A DNA stretch of 20,593 nucleotides, taken from sequence record SRR2962707_660. The stretch is one strand, 5' to 3'. The position numbers were made by a program, and so were the translations under genes. Shown piece after piece: positions 8,192 through 16,183 of the stretch (positions are counted from its first letter, which is position 1; every line of letters starts with the position of its first letter). The notes beneath the pieces were generated by a model, which saw only the letters and a list, made by a program, of their open reading frames with translations, searched no databases and was not told where the DNA came from.

Positions 8192-8821
8192 ATGACCATA
8201 CCCCCCGATATCTGGCTTTCGACGGCGACCCCGCCCCGGCGGACGGGCGCGCCCGCCCTCTTTCTCGACCGGGACGGGGTTCTCGTCAAGGAAGTCAACT
8301 ATCTGAAAAACAAGGAAGATGTGGCGCTGGAGGCGGGCGCGGCGGAGATTGTCGCCTGGGGCCGGGCGAAGGGGCTTGGCCTTGTCTGCGTCACCAACCA
8401 GTCCGGCATCGCGCGCGGGCGGATCTCATGGGCGGAATTCGAGGCGGTGGAAGTGGAAATCGCGCGCCAGCTCGGGAAGCGGGACGCGGCGCTCGACCTC
8501 ACCATCGCCTGCCCCTTCCACCCGGATTTCACCGAAGGCTACGGAGCGGAACAGGACCGCTGGCGCAAACCCGGCCCCGCGATGATCGAACGGGCGGGCA
8601 CGCTGATGGACCTCGACCTCGCGAGAAGCTGGCTCATCGGCGACAAGGCCGCCGACATCGAAGCGGCAAAGCGCGCGGGTCTCAAAGGCGCGGTGATCGT
8701 GCTAACCGGCTACGGCGTGGAAGAGCGCGAACCCGCGATGGCGCATGAGGGCGACGGCTTCACCGTGCTGACGGCGGCGACGCTCAATGAGGCGCGGACG
8801 CTGCTGGAGACGGCGTTCTAG
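8192..8821 (+). CDS. gmhB: D,D-heptose 1,7-bisphosphate phosphatase (HAD superfamily)
   Basis: Motifs FLDRDGVL, VTNQSGIARG, CPFHP, RKPGPAM and IGDKAADI. Adjacent to hldE. Confidence 0.9.
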   Translation: MTIPPDIWLSTATPPRRTGAPALFLDRDGVLVKEVNYLKNKEDVALEAGAAEIVAWGRAKGLGLVCVTNQSGIARGRISWAEFEAVEVEIARQLGKRDAALDLTIACPFHPDFTEGYGAEQDRWRKPGPAMIERAGTLMDLDLARSWLIGDKAADIEAAKRAGLKGAVIVLTGYGVEEREPAMAHEGDGFTVLTAATLNEARTLLETAF

Positions 8822-8855
8822 TCTGCGGCTTCCCCGCACGGGAAACGGCAGCCCC

Positions 8856-9596
8856 TCAGCCCCAAGGGCCGCGCCGTCCGCTTGCCCGCGCATCGAAGAC
8901 CTTCGGTTGTGCCTTGTGGAATAGCGGCACGTCGCGGCGCTTGAAGAACGGCACGAGCACCATGCCCGCAACGAAGCCGCCGACATGCGCCCAGAAGGCG
9001 ACGCCCGCTTCCTCGACCGGGCTCATGAGCCCGCTGAAGACCTGTATCGCGAACCAGAGCCCGAGCACGATGATGGCAGGCACATAGAAAGTGCGGAGCA
9101 GGATGATCGGGAAGGGAATGAAGAGAACGCGGACGCGGCCCCTCGGATAGAGCAGGAGATAGGCGCCGAGCACGCCCGAGATCGCCCCGCTCGCGCCGAC
9201 CAGCGGCACCGTCGAGGCGGGCACGAGAAAGGCATGGGTGAGCGCGGCGGCGATCCCCGTCACGACATAGAAGACGATGAAGCGGACGCGCCCCATGGCG
9301 AGTTCGATATTGTCTCCGAAAATCCAGAGATAGAGCATGTTGCCGCCAAGATGCGCGAGCCCGCCATGCATGAACATGGAACTGATAACGGTCGCCCAGG
9401 CGGGCACCGGCGCATCGCTCATTTCCGTCGAGCCGAACAGGACGCCCGGAATGAGGCCGTAATGATAGACGGCGAGTTCCGCCTCGCCGGGCGGCAGCGA
9501 ATACTGAAAGAAGAAGACGGCGACGCAGGCGGCGATCAGTCCCCAGGTGACGAACGGCACGCCGGGTTCGGGATTGTCGTCGGAAATGGGAAACAT
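8856..9596 (-). CDS. Rhomboid family intramembrane serine protease, ~246 aa
   Basis: Start MFPISDDNP with GGAG RBS. Motifs SMFMHGGLAHLGGNMLYLWIFGDNIE, VGASGAISG (catalytic Ser) and AHVGGF (catalytic His). Confidence 0.95.
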   Translation of the reverse strand: MFPISDDNPEPGVPFVTWGLIAACVAVFFFQYSLPPGEAELAVYHYGLIPGVLFGSTEMSDAPVPAWATVISSMFMHGGLAHLGGNMLYLWIFGDNIELAMGRVRFIVFYVVTGIAAALTHAFLVPASTVPLVGASGAISGVLGAYLLLYPRGRVRVLFIPFPIILLRTFYVPAIIVLGLWFAIQVFSGLMSPVEEAGVAFWAHVGGFVAGMVLVPFFKRRDVPLFHKAQPKVFDARASGRRGPWG

Positions 9597-9673
9597 CGGG
9601 GCTCCGTCAGCCGGGAAAACGCCCCGAAGCCTACAGGCATTCTCCGCCGCGCGGCCAGCCTTATGGGCGCGCG

Positions 9674-10327
9674 TTAGCGGGGACGAAGCACGTGGTTCGA
9701 GAATTCGGCCGTTTCGGCCTGCGAGAGTTCGCGCTGGCGCGTCTCGCCCTGCTCCTTCAGCGAGGAGGCAGCCGCAACCGCCGCTTCCCCGGAATCCTGC
9801 TTGAAGAAGGTGTAGGAGAGCGTGATCGCCTTGATGCTCTTCGTGTCGATGTCTTCCGTCATTTCCGGGTCGAGGAAGAAGACGATAGGCATTTCGGCGG
9901 TTTCGCCGGGCGCGAGCTTCTGCTCGGTGAAGCAGAAGCACTCGGTCTTGTTGAAATAGTAGCCGGCTGCGTCCGGCGTCACATTATATGTGGCGCGGCC
10001 GACGACCGTCTGATCGCTGTTGTTGGTCGCCCGGTAGAACACCGTCTTCGGCACGCCGACATGAACCTCGACCTGGCGCTCGACGGGCTCGAACGTCCAG
10101 TCGAGCCCCGGCGAGACATTGGAGTCGAAGCGCACCGCAACCACGGGACCGACAGCCGAGCCGGGGCCGGGCTTCAGTTCCTTGTTCACGCTCACCGTGC
10201 CGCCATAGCCGGTCGCCTCGCAGAACATCCGGTAGAGCGTCGGCGAATAGGCAACCGCCGTTGTCGCGACGGCAAGCAGCGCCACGGAGAGCGCGACCGG
10301 CGGGATGGATGTTCCGAGAATTTTCAT
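9674..10327 (-). CDS. ctaG: Cytochrome c oxidase assembly copper chaperone CtaG/Cox11, ~217 aa
   Basis: N-terminal TM helix, then PTLYRMFCEATGYGGT, GRATYNVTP, YFNKTECFCFTEQ (Cu-binding CFCF) and ITLSYTF. Start at ATG 10327. Confidence 0.93.
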   Translation of the reverse strand: MKILGTSIPPVALSVALLAVATTAVAYSPTLYRMFCEATGYGGTVSVNKELKPGPGSAVGPVVAVRFDSNVSPGLDWTFEPVERQVEVHVGVPKTVFYRATNNSDQTVVGRATYNVTPDAAGYYFNKTECFCFTEQKLAPGETAEMPIVFFLDPEMTEDIDTKSIKAITLSYTFFKQDSGEAAVAAASSLKEQGETRQRELSQAETAEFSNHVLRPR

Positions 10328-10337
10328 GACGGACGGG

Positions 10338-10367
10338 ACTTTAGCGCCCCGCCGCCCCTTGCCGCAA
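10338..10367 (-). promoter_or_regulatory. Candidate sigma70 promoter for ctaG (TTGCGG-N18-TAAAGT) implying a very short leader
   Basis: Minus strand reads CTTGCGG...GCTAAAGT, ending 10 nt before the ATG. No Shine-Dalgarno is visible. Confidence 0.35.
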
Positions 10368-10547
10368 GGAAACCCGGACCGGGGCCCGGCGTGGCCGATT
10401 GCCGCGCTTTTCTCCGTCGCAGCCGCGCGAACGGGGGGGAGTCGACCTGAGCGCCTGGAATGGTAACAATGAGGGAAAGCGGCCAGACGACAGAGCCGCA
10501 TGTTCGAGGGAGCAAACGGGGCTGAGGCCTCGGGGGAGCGTTTCAGG

Positions 10548-12659
10548 GTGACTGGTTTTCGGTATGCGTACCGCACGCGCGGCAAGGCGGGTTCGTCCTT
10601 CGTTTTCATTTCATGGCTGCTGGGGGCCTCTCTTGCCGCTTCGGGCGCGATGGCGCAGGAGGCGGGCGGCAAAAGCCTACTGCTCGACGAACTTACCGTC
10701 ACGACGACCGGCATCGGCACGCCGCGCGCGACCCATACCGGCAACATCTCCAAAATCCCGGAAGCTGAAGTCGACTTCGTGAAGCCGCTGCAGCCCGCCG
10801 AGGTGCTGAGCCGCGTCCCCGGCGTCGGCATCCAGCAGGGCAGCGGCGCCGAACACCTGACCGCCATCCGCTCGCCGGTGCTGACCGGTGGCGCAGGCGC
10901 AGGCTCCTTCCTCTACCTCGAAGACGGCGTGCCGATGCGCGCCGCAGGCTTTGCCAATGTCAACGCACTGATGGAAGCGATGGACGAGGTGTCGGGCGGC
11001 ATCGAGGTGGTGCGCGGGCCCGGCGGCGCGCGCTACGGCTCGAACGCCGAACACGGCCTCATCAATTTCCTGAGCCGCCCGCCCGCGCCGGACGAAGACG
11101 GCGAGCTGACCGTATGGGGCGGCCCGCACGACCTCTTCGAGGTGACGGGCACCGCGAGCAAGACGCTCCGGGGCGAAGGCGCGGTGAACCACGGCTTCCG
11201 CGGCAGCTTCTCCGTGCTGCATGACGGCGGCTTTCGCGCCGATTCCGGCCTTGAGCAGCAGAAGGCTCGCTTCCGCTACGACTACGACGCGCCGGGCACC
11301 CGCATCGAGGCGACGCTGACCGCCGTAAATACCCAACAGGAAACGGCCGGCTTCGTTGTCGGCCCCGACGCCTACAAGAACCCCGCGCTCTACAAGACCA
11401 ACCCGGACCCGGACGCCTATCGCGACGCATGGGCGCTGCGCACGGCGGTTCGCATGGAGCGCGATCTCGACGACGATCTGATGCTCGTGCTGACGCCCTA
11501 TGCGCGCAAGAACGACATGAAATTCCTGATGCATTTTCTGCCCGGCGACCCGGTGGAGGAAAACTCCCATTGGAGTGGCGGCCTCCTTTCGAGCCTCGTT
11601 GCGCAGCTCGACGGCGGCCACAGCGTCATCTTCGGCTTCGATACGGAGTACACGGACGGATCGCTCACCGAAACCCAGTATAACGCCACGCCGCCCTTCC
11701 CCGCGCCGCCGAACGACTCGCCGCAGGGCGTTCACTACGACTACACGGTGAAGGCGATTGTGCTTGCGCCCTACATCCACAGCGAATGGCGGCTTGCGCC
11801 GAAGACACTGTTCACGGCGGGTCTGCGTTTCGAGTACACGCGCTACGACTATGAGAACAACGCGCCGAACGGCGTCTTCGGGCGCTATTTGCGCGTGCCG
11901 AGCAGCGTCGACGAATTCGCAGACGTGACGCCGAAGATCGGCCTGCTGCATGAGTTCAACGACAGCCTCACAGGCTATGTGAACATCGCGCGTGGCGCGC
12001 GTGCGCCCCAGACGACTGATCTCTACCGGCTGCAATATCTCCAGGTTCCCGGCGAGGCAAAATCGGAGGAACTGGACAGCATCGAAGTTGGTGCACGCGG
12101 GCGCTTCGCGGACATCTCCTGGGAAACCAATCTCTTCTACATGGAGAAGAAGAACTACTATTTCCGCAACGCCAACGGCTTCAACGTGTCGAACGGCAAG
12201 ACCGATCACGCAGGAATCGAGCTCGAACTGGCCGCCCCCCTTCCGCTCGGCTTCGACATTGCCGCCGCAGGCACCTATGCCCGCCACACCTATGCCTTCA
12301 CCAACATAGCGGCGACGGAGACCATTCTCGACGGCGACGATGTCGACACCGCGCCGCGCACTCTTGCCAATGTCCGTCTCGGCTACGGTTTCGGCGACGG
12401 CGCGGGCCGGGCCGAGCTCGAATGGGTCCATATGGGCGACTATTGGATGGACGCGGGCAACACCGTCCAATATGGCGGGCACGATATTTTCAACCTGCGC
12501 CTCGACTATGAAATCGGCGAGAACCTTGCCTTGTTCGGCAAGCTGACCAATATCTTCGATACGCGCTACGCGGATCGGGCCGATTTCGCCTTCGGCAGCG
12601 AACGCTATTTCCCCGGCGAGGATCGCGGCCTCATTCTGGGCGTAACCCTGCGCTACTAG
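10548..12659 (+). CDS. TonB-dependent outer-membrane receptor, ~703 aa
   Basis: Likely GTG start at 10548 (GGGGGAG RBS); the ORF is open from 10500. Signal peptide ending AMA, TonB box DELTVT, plug motifs LSRVPGV and IEVVRGPGGARYGSNA..GLINF, and C-terminal NIFDTRY...GVTLRY. Confidence 0.93.
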   Translation: MTGFRYAYRTRGKAGSSFVFISWLLGASLAASGAMAQEAGGKSLLLDELTVTTTGIGTPRATHTGNISKIPEAEVDFVKPLQPAEVLSRVPGVGIQQGSGAEHLTAIRSPVLTGGAGAGSFLYLEDGVPMRAAGFANVNALMEAMDEVSGGIEVVRGPGGARYGSNAEHGLINFLSRPPAPDEDGELTVWGGPHDLFEVTGTASKTLRGEGAVNHGFRGSFSVLHDGGFRADSGLEQQKARFRYDYDAPGTRIEATLTAVNTQQETAGFVVGPDAYKNPALYKTNPDPDAYRDAWALRTAVRMERDLDDDLMLVLTPYARKNDMKFLMHFLPGDPVEENSHWSGGLLSSLVAQLDGGHSVIFGFDTEYTDGSLTETQYNATPPFPAPPNDSPQGVHYDYTVKAIVLAPYIHSEWRLAPKTLFTAGLRFEYTRYDYENNAPNGVFGRYLRVPSSVDEFADVTPKIGLLHEFNDSLTGYVNIARGARAPQTTDLYRLQYLQVPGEAKSEELDSIEVGARGRFADISWETNLFYMEKKNYYFRNANGFNVSNGKTDHAGIELELAAPLPLGFDIAAAGTYARHTYAFTNIAATETILDGDDVDTAPRTLANVRLGYGFGDGAGRAELEWVHMGDYWMDAGNTVQYGGHDIFNLRLDYEIGENLALFGKLTNIFDTRYADRADFAFGSERYFPGEDRGLILGVTLRY

Positions 12660-12706
12660 CCGGTCCCGCCGCGGCGGCGAGGCGGCATCGGCTGGTCTGG
12701 AGGCCT

Positions 12707-14155
12707 ATGGAAACGGGATTCTGGGATATCTGGCCCTTCGTGCTCGCGCTTGTCCAGTTCGGGGGAATGGGCGGCGCGGCCCTTCACGTATTGCTGACCA
12801 AGACGGATGAACGCGCGGCCGCAGGCTGGGTCGGCTTCGTCGTGCTCGTGCCTTTCGTGGGCTGGATCGTCTATCTCCTCTTCGGCGTGAACCGCATCCA
12901 GCGCCGCGCCCGCGAGCTGCGCGGCCAGAAGCACGACATGCTGCTCCTCGCGCCGCTTCCTGCCCGCAGCCCCGCACGTGCGGGCGAGGGCGTGGTGCGC
13001 CTTCTCGAACTCGAGGGCCTCGCCCGCTTCGGTCAGAAAATTCTCCCCGAAAGTTTCGAGCAGGGAAACGCAATCGGCATTCTCATGAACGGCGACGAAG
13101 CCTATCCCGCGATGATTGCCGCCATAGAAGGCGCGACGCGCTCCATCGCCATCTCGACCTACATTTTCAACAATGACGAAACGGGCAGGCGCTTCGTAGA
13201 CGCGCTGTCGGCCGCGATGGAACGCGGCGTGCGAGTGCGCCTCCTGATCGACGGCGTCGGCGCCTGGTATTCGCACCCCTCGCTGATCCCCCTGCTGGAA
13301 GATCGTGGCATCGACTATGCGCGCTTCCTGCATTCGTTCATGCCGTGGCAGATGCCTTATCTCAACATGCGCAACCACCAGAAGATATTTGTGGTGGACG
13401 GCCGCCATGGCTTCACCGGCGGCATGAACATCGCGGAGGGAAACGTCAACGACGCCAATCCGCGCAAGCCCATCAAGGATTGCCATTTCCGCGTCGAGGG
13501 GCCCGTCGTCGCGCACCTCATGCACACTTTCGCCTATGAGTGGAACTTCACCACCGGCGAACTTCTCGAAGGACAGGACTGGTTTCCCGAGATCGAGCCC
13601 GCGGGCGATGTCGTCGCGCGCGGCCTTCCTGCAGGGCCGGACATGGGCCTCAACCCGATCCGCTGGACGCTGCTCGGCGCGCTCGCCGAGGCGCAGCACA
13701 ATGTCCGCATCGTCACGCCCTATTTCATCCCGGACGGCACCTTGCGGACGAACATCTCGCTCGCGGCGATGCGCGGCGTCATCGTCGACATCGTGCTACC
13801 GGAAACGAACAATCTGCCCTTCTGCGACTGGGCCGCGACCCCGCAACTCGAATGGCTCGCCCGCGCCGGTTGCCGCATCTGGAAGACGAGGGGCACCTTC
13901 GACCATTCCAAGATGATGACGGTCGACGGCATGTGGGCGATGGTCGGCTCCGCCAACTGGGACGACCGCAGCCTTCGCCTCAATTTCGAGTTCAATCTCG
14001 AATGCTACGGCGCGACCTTCGCGGGCGAGCTCGACGCCCTGATCGAGAGGAAAATCTCGACCGCCCGGCCGGTTTCCTACGACGAACTGGCGGGACGCGG
14101 CCTCCCCATCCGCCTGCGGGACTCGCTTTTCAGGCTTGCTTCGCCTTACCTCTAG
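12707..14155 (+). CDS. cls: Cardiolipin synthase (phospholipase D family)
   Basis: Two N-terminal TM helices (PLDc_N-like) and two HKD motifs, RNHQKIFVVDG and DHSKMMTVDG...GSANWDDRS. GGAGG RBS at 12699-12703. Confidence 0.92.
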   Translation: METGFWDIWPFVLALVQFGGMGGAALHVLLTKTDERAAAGWVGFVVLVPFVGWIVYLLFGVNRIQRRARELRGQKHDMLLLAPLPARSPARAGEGVVRLLELEGLARFGQKILPESFEQGNAIGILMNGDEAYPAMIAAIEGATRSIAISTYIFNNDETGRRFVDALSAAMERGVRVRLLIDGVGAWYSHPSLIPLLEDRGIDYARFLHSFMPWQMPYLNMRNHQKIFVVDGRHGFTGGMNIAEGNVNDANPRKPIKDCHFRVEGPVVAHLMHTFAYEWNFTTGELLEGQDWFPEIEPAGDVVARGLPAGPDMGLNPIRWTLLGALAEAQHNVRIVTPYFIPDGTLRTNISLAAMRGVIVDIVLPETNNLPFCDWAATPQLEWLARAGCRIWKTRGTFDHSKMMTVDGMWAMVGSANWDDRSLRLNFEFNLECYGATFAGELDALIERKISTARPVSYDELAGRGLPIRLRDSLFRLASPYL

Positions 14156-14168
14156 TTTCGGCGTGCGG

Positions 14169-14197
14169 CTTGTTTGCGGCCTGCGACGCGCTATCCT
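14169..14197 (+). promoter_or_regulatory. Candidate sigma70 promoter for the yqjD-like operon (CTTGTTT-N16-TATCCT)
   Basis: Fits the alphaproteobacterial CTTG...GCTAT pattern, ~60 bp upstream of ATG 14258. Confidence 0.35.
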
Positions 14198-14257
14198 TGT
14201 TACGGAACGAGGCAGCACTCGAAATTCACAGTAATTCCTGTTCCGGAGGCATGCGGT

Positions 14258-14518
14258 ATGGCCGAAAAGAAAACCGACGAAAAAGCATCCATCGAAGAGC
14301 TCAGGGCTCAGGTCGAGGCACTTCAGCAAGCCCTGGAGGATGCCCGCGCGGCAATGCCCGAAGAAGCAGAAGGCGTTCTCGCCGAAGCGGAAGCGATCCG
14401 CGAGCGCGTGCAGGACGGCTTGCAGGACATCCAGCAGCAGATCGATGCGCATCCCGTACCGAGCGCGCTGCTCGCGTTCGGCCTCGGCTTCCTCATCGCC
14501 CGGCTGATTTCGCGCTAG
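14258..14518 (+). CDS. DUF883 / ElaB-YqjD-like tail-anchored membrane protein (86 aa)
   Basis: GGAGG RBS. Coiled coil followed by IDAHPVPSALLAFGLGFLIARLISR, the typical tail-anchor helix of this family. Confidence 0.85.
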   Translation: MAEKKTDEKASIEELRAQVEALQQALEDARAAMPEEAEGVLAEAEAIRERVQDGLQDIQQQIDAHPVPSALLAFGLGFLIARLISR

Positions 14519-14529
14519 GAGATTGCACG

Positions 14530-15030
14530 GTGATCGATCCAACCCCTCACGTCCGCAAGCTCGCCGAAGCCGAACTTTATCGCGCCGAACTTGAACTGCG
14601 GCGCCTGACGCACCGGGTGCAGCTTCTCGCCGCCGCCTACTTCATCGCCTTCTTCGCGCTCGCGATGTTCGGCCTTGCGGGCTTCTTCGCGCTCTCCGAG
14701 CTCTACGGTTATCCGGTCGGCGCGCTCATCACCGGCGCTGTGCTCGGCGCTCTCGCCATTCTCGCTTTCATCTTTGCCGCGAAACCGCGCGGCCGCGCCA
14801 ACCGTCTCGAACTCGAACTCGCAACCCGGAATGTCGAACAGGCCCGCGCGGAAGTGAAACGCGACTTCGACAAGGCCGAACGCATGCTGAACGATTTGAC
14901 GCTCGGGGCGCTCGGCATCGTCAAGGGCTCCGCCGGCAGCTTGCCGATGATCTCCATCGTGATCGGCGCCATCGCGGCCCTGAGCCCGGCGCTTCGCCGC
15001 TTCCTCATGCCCTTCCTGAGAAAAGACTGA
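14530..15030 (+). CDS. YqjE / phage-holin-like membrane protein (166 aa)
   Basis: GTG start with AGGAGA RBS overlapping the previous stop. AELELRR, two TM helices, a coiled coil and a C-terminal hydrophobic helix. Sits downstream of a DUF883 gene, as in yqjDE. Confidence 0.75.
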   Translation: MIDPTPHVRKLAEAELYRAELELRRLTHRVQLLAAAYFIAFFALAMFGLAGFFALSELYGYPVGALITGAVLGALAILAFIFAAKPRGRANRLELELATRNVEQARAEVKRDFDKAERMLNDLTLGALGIVKGSAGSLPMISIVIGAIAALSPALRRFLMPFLRKD

Positions 15031-15509
15031 TGCGCACGCTCATCGCCGCCACCGCTCTTCTCGTTTCGGCCTGCGCGCAGCAGAGCCTGCCGCAGCCGGA
15101 CGTCACCATGCGCGAACCCGACACACTGATCGACGCGCCCTTCGACGATGGCGGCACCGGGCTTGCGGGCCCGAGCGGCGGCGCCCTTCTCGGCATGGCG
15201 ATCGGCACGGGCTCTGGAACGCAATGGGCGGTGGCGGCCGGCGTCGCCGCGGGCTACGCCATGGGCGGCTCGCAAGGACCGGCGCTCAACGGCATGGCCG
15301 CGCAGGCGCGCCGCGAGGCGCTCGCCAAAATGATGACGGTGCCGCTCCGCGAGCAGGTGACCTGGTTCACGGCGCAGGACAAGGCGAGCGGCAAGATAAC
15401 GCCGACTCGCGACTTCTCCGACGAGAAGGGTCGCACCTGCCGCGACTTCGTGGAATGGCGCACCGTGCGCGCCATGAACGGCCATACCTCCGGCATTGCC
15501 TGCCTCTGA
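15030..15509 (+). CDS. Glycine-zipper surface lipoprotein (17-kDa antigen / RT0821-Lpp0805-like)
   Basis: Lipobox LVSA-C. Glycine zipper GGALLGMAIGTGSGTQWAVAAGVAAGYAMG, plus VTW, SGKITP, CRDF and GIACL. TGATG stop/start coupling. Confidence 0.85.
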   Translation: MRTLIAATALLVSACAQQSLPQPDVTMREPDTLIDAPFDDGGTGLAGPSGGALLGMAIGTGSGTQWAVAAGVAAGYAMGGSQGPALNGMAAQARREALAKMMTVPLREQVTWFTAQDKASGKITPTRDFSDEKGRTCRDFVEWRTVRAMNGHTSGIACL

Positions 15510-15576
15510 GTCGCACCTCCCCTTCCGCCGCGAACGCAGCTAGGATGCGCCGCGTTCCAGCCGGAAGGATTGTCCC

Positions 15577-16179
15577 ATGAAGCTCTATTGCTCCCACACC
15601 TCGCCTTTCGCGCGAAAGGTGCGTGTCCTGATCCGCGAGAAGGGCGCGCTCGCCCGCGTGACGGAGGAAGTGTCCGCCGCGATGGAAGACCCGGCGGCGC
15701 TCCACGGGGCAAACCCGCTCGGCAAGGTGCCCGCCCTCATCCTCGCCGACGGCTCGTCTTATTTCGACAGCCCGCTCATCTGCGACTATCTCGACGTGGC
15801 GCTCGAAGGCCCGCAGATGATCCCGGCTTCCAATGTCGAGCGCTTCCGCGTGCTGCGCCATCAGGCGCTGGCCGACGGCATCATGGACGCCGCCGTCTCG
15901 CTCGTTTTCGAGCGCGCGCGGCCGGAGGCGCAACGCTCGGACATGTGGATGGGCCGCTGGCAGCGCGCCATCACGCGCAGCCTCGCCGTGCTGGAAGATG
16001 AAGTCGTCTCTCTCGACGGGCCGGTCGACCTCGGCAGCATCGCCGTCGGCGCGGCGCTCGGCTATCTCGATTTCCGCCACGCCTCACTCGACTGGCAGGA
16101 GAGCCAAACCGAACTTGCCGGCTGGTGGCGCGACTTCGCCAAGCGCCCGTCCTTCGCCGAAACCGCCCCGCCCGCTTGA
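15577..16179 (+). CDS. Glutathione S-transferase family protein
   Basis: Motifs SHTSPFARKVRV, NPLGKVPAL, DSPLICDYLD and ALGYLDFR. Confidence 0.93.
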   Translation: MKLYCSHTSPFARKVRVLIREKGALARVTEEVSAAMEDPAALHGANPLGKVPALILADGSSYFDSPLICDYLDVALEGPQMIPASNVERFRVLRHQALADGIMDAAVSLVFERARPEAQRSDMWMGRWQRAITRSLAVLEDEVVSLDGPVDLGSIAVGAALGYLDFRHASLDWQESQTELAGWWRDFAKRPSFAETAPPA

Positions 16180-16183
16180 GCGC

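Noticed and set aside
8822-8855. Short hairpin TTCCC-CGCAC-GGGAA between the convergent gmhB and rhomboid genes
   Set aside because: The stem is short and there is no U-tract on either strand, so it cannot be called a terminator.
14204-14235. GGAAC upstream of the yqjD-like gene as an EcfG/SigT general-stress promoter
   Set aside because: No CGTT -10 element at the required 16-17 bp spacing.
14530-15030. Holin-like gene as evidence of a prophage
   Set aside because: No endolysin, integrase or structural genes. The context matches the cellular yqjDE-type operon.
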